From: Iphione sp. A-MEVVRFRX5
Lineage: Eukaryota
Length of the DNA: 64,000 nucleotides
Reading direction: 5' to 3'
Assembly (NCBI GenBank): GCA_976226885.1
Contig: OZ320321.1
Span: 59,272,001-59,336,000, forward strand
Translations under genes and position numbers: made by a program
Shown here: piece by piece, positions 60,860-64,000 of the stretch
Numbering within the stretch: position 1 is the stretch's first letter
Layout of the letters: each line of letters begins with the position of its first letter
Notes under the pieces: generated by a model
Seen by the model: only the letters and a program-made list of their open reading frames with translations
Told to the model about the DNA's origin: nothing
Database searches by the model: none

Positions 60860-61880
60860 TCATTGTCAGACAGAATTCAGTTCACATTAGTAAAATGTGG
60901 ATATTGTGGATTGCATGAAGGTATTTTCCTTTGAATTAACTAATTTTTGGAGTCAAATCGAGGTGTTTTCTCCCTGGGTAGCTGGCACTGAACTATGGAC
61001 AGAATAGACTAACAACGTCATACTGTCACTATTGTTTAGTAAATCATAGTTTATGAAAAGCAGAGCAATTGTCAGACAGAAACTCAGTTCACCTGAGTAA
61101 ATTATGGATATTTTGCATAGGATGAGTATGTTTTGCATGGATATGAGTGATTATTGGAGTCAAATCGAAATATTTCTCTCTGGATAGCTAAGCTGGCACT
61201 GGATATATGAATAGAATGGAGAGAAACGTCATAACATGATGTGGTAGTATTTCAAAATTTATGAATAGGAGAGCAATTGTCAGACAGAAACTCAGTTTGC
61301 ATTAGTAAAATATGGAATTTTCGAGTAGCATGAGCACATTTTGCATGGATTTAACTGTTTTTTGAAGACAAATGCTATTGTTTTCTCCCTGGATGGCAAA
61401 GCTGGCACTAGATATATGAACAGAATGGGGAAAGGCGTCATACTGTTGAGTGTTTAGTGAATCATAGTTTATGAATATGATATTAATTGTTAGGCAGAAA
61501 TTAGGCTCACCTTAGTAAAATATGGATTTTCTGGGTGGCACGAGCATATTGTGTATGTAAATAACTTATTTTTGTAGCCAAATCGAGGTGTTTTCTCCCT
61601 GGACTGCTTAGGTGGGACTGGACACTGGACTTATGCACAGAATAGACAAAAAACGTCCTAATATGATAATCATACTCATGGTGACTATGTTTTAGTATTT
61701 CCAAATTTATGACTACCAGATTGTTCTCAGACACAAATTCAGTTCAAATGAGTAAGATATGGAATTTCTGGGTAGCATAATAATATTTTGCATTGAAATA
61801 AGTAAATTTTGGAGTCAGACTGAAATGTTTTCTCCCTGGATTGCTCTCTTCGCACTGGATATATGCACAGAATAGGCTAA
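60860..61880. repeat. Degenerate ~206-234-bp tandem repeat (5 units) inside the piggyBac element
   Basis: Unit anchor ATTGT(C/T)...GACAGAA at 60862, 61068, 61276, 61486 and 61720. Most units also carry TTTCTCCCTGG and CTGGCACT motifs. Confidence 0.85.
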
Positions 61881-62345
61881 CCCCAACTAGAAATTTGAAG
61901 ATTTTTTTACAGACATTTACACTGAATTTCTTCCATAATCTTTTTATGTGCATATTCACAATGGTTTTCTTGAGGAAATGGTCCAGTAGATTATTTTTAA
62001 ACTGAGTCTTTACTGAATGAGGCATGTCTGAAACCTGATAGTAATATATCATGAGAGGCAAGGTTTTTAATTTTTTACTCCATGTATCATCACATCTCTT
62101 GAGATTATGATGTCCACTCCTGTGCATGGATTATCACATATGGATTACCATGAACAAATGGATTACCACTGTAAATGGATTATCACTATGAATTGTTTTC
62201 ACCATGGATGGCTATGCTGACAGTGGATTATGCCAGGATATTGTGATCAATTTAATAAGTGGATTTACTCTAGAAGGAGTTGTAATGCAGTACACAGAGG
62301 TAAGTTTGAACATTTTATTGCATTTCCTTCTTGTGCATTTCATGC

Positions 62346-64000
62346 TTATGCTTCATTACATAGTGGATGATTGACAAAATCCTTCTGTGTGTGGTAAGCC
62401 CTGAAGCACACAGGAATGCATAGGTGCACATGACAGGTGTCACAGCCATATTTAGTCTGGCTAGCACGCTCTATCAGTCCCTTCTTTTGCCTATGATAGC
62501 ACACTCTGCACACACTCCTCCTAGCAAATGCAGTGGGCAAACACCTGGAGGTCAACCGGTTGTGGGACAATGCTAGGGGGAGGGGCCTGGTTACCTGGGG
62601 TGGATTGGCATTCTGCAGTAGACAATCAATCAATAAGAGTGTAAATTTGCGCAGTGATTGAGGTTTCTTCTGGAATCTATTCATCAAAATGTTGGCATTT
62701 ACTTTGCAAACTTCTACCAGATGCCAAAAGAATTTTATATTCCATTTCTTTGTTTTCCTACTGAAATAGTAATACCCTTTTAGCTGGTCGGCGAGGTCTA
62801 CCCCACCCATCCACTTGGTGTATGCCTTTACAGAGTCAGGGTAGGGGACAGTTGTTCTCTCAAACCGACCAGTTTCCTTGTTTTTCATTAGCCTGGTGGT
62901 CTCTCCCATAGTAGTGCCATGAGCAGTTGACAGGACACCAACTACCTCCTTGTCCCTCCAAAGAGTCAGAACAATTTCACCTAATTTCCTGAAAATAACT
63001 GACCCTCTGCCTGTGCCCAGTCCAGGAGGATTAGCTGTCATGAGGTTTTTAGGTAGCAGCTTCCTAGACTTCCTCACTGTCCCACATGCTAGAGTGTTGA
63101 AATTTGAAAGTTTCTGGAGAAGAGTTACTGATGTATAAAAATTATCTAGAAATACAATGAATCCCTTTCCTAGCAACCTAGCTGTCTTCATCAGTTGAAC
63201 AACCACAAATTCTGCTAATCCAGTCCGGCCACGGTCCTCCCTTCCATGGTAGGGTTCAAGTTGCAGGATGTACCCTGAAGAGATATATAATGGAGAGTCT
63301 GACTATAGAGAAAATAAATGAATTTCATTCTGAAATAAATTCATTTCTAAATATGATCATTCTGGTTCAACCATTTTCTATTCTATAGACATGAAAAAAA
63401 TAATGGTGGTAATATGAAGGGCATTACTAACCAGTAGCTGATTCTGCCAGGCACCAGCACTTCAAGCCCCACTTTGAACGCTTCCTTGGCATATACTGCT
63501 TCATTTTCATCCTGCCCTTGAATCCTACCATAGACTCATCAACAGCCAATTCTCTCCTTGGTGTATAGGTAGCAGTGGCAGCCTTGTTGAACTCAGACAC
63601 CAGGTGTTGTACTTTCCATGTAGGGGTGTTAGCCGGATCATCTTTTCCTGGGACTTTGGCAGGGTCATATGCACAGAGATACCTGAAATATGAAATAGGA
63701 AAGTTGTGAAATGTATAGATCACCATAATACCAGTATGTATTCCACTGAAAGCACCATAGCTTAAATTAATCCCAAATATTTGAATAAATATTTCTACAG
63801 TTGTATAGGCCTACATACCTCAAAATTTGACAAAACCGGTCTCTCTTCATCATTGTCCCAAACACTGGTGTAGCTATGGCCAAGAGTGTAGACCAGTAGT
63901 CTTTGATTTGAGGTTTCTTGACCAAACCCACTATGAAGGCAAGTCCAAAAAATCCAGACAGGTCATGAGCGTCCACTGGTTGCCAGTCCATCTTGTGTTT
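62346..64000 (-). CDS. piggyBac transposase with two visible GT-AG introns, 5'-partial
   Basis: Exons >64000-63819, 63682-63432 and 63274-62346 join in frame (QILR|YLC, SATG|YIL). DDD triad VDESM, LDNFY, GGVDLADQ. C-terminal CRVC...CDTC..HLC...CF..YH domain. Confidence 0.9.

Larger units (their letters stand above)
60696..64000 (-). mobile_element. piggyBac-like DNA transposon in a dynein intron, other end outside the window
   Basis: TTAA at 60692-95 followed by a CCCT terminus, subterminal tandem repeats and a transposase gene. Confidence 0.8.

Noticed and set aside
60860-61880. Regularly spaced repeats as a CRISPR-like array
   Set aside because: The whole ~210-bp unit is homologous with no unique spacers, and the context is eukaryotic with no cas genes.

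Overview
Animal (probably marine invertebrate) genomic DNA with three intron-containing host genes and many transposable elements. Host genes: calumenin/reticulocalbin (CREC family, minus strand, ends HDEF, with a mutually exclusive exon pair); mitochondrial inner-membrane peptidase IMMP1L (plus strand); and the C-terminal part (AAA1 to the C-terminus) of a DNAH5/DNAH8-type axonemal dynein heavy chain (minus strand, 5' part outside the window). Mobile elements: the 3' end of a Gypsy element with a 107-bp LTR; two divergent full-length DIRS1-like tyrosine-recombinase retrotransposons (one apparently intact, one frameshifted) plus a 32-bp orphan DIRS terminus; several TA-flanked MITEs; a 67-bp mini-element; a decayed LINE; and a piggyBac element whose transposase has spliceosomal introns. 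Main candidate for a new system: both DIRS copies conserve a -1 frameshift signal before the gag stop, a GTGAGT donor 2 nt after the stop, and an acceptor 63 nt before the recombinase ATG. The phases predict Gag-Pol from unspliced RNA and Gag-recombinase from spliced RNA, through one shared frameshift. All calls were made by eye without database searches.
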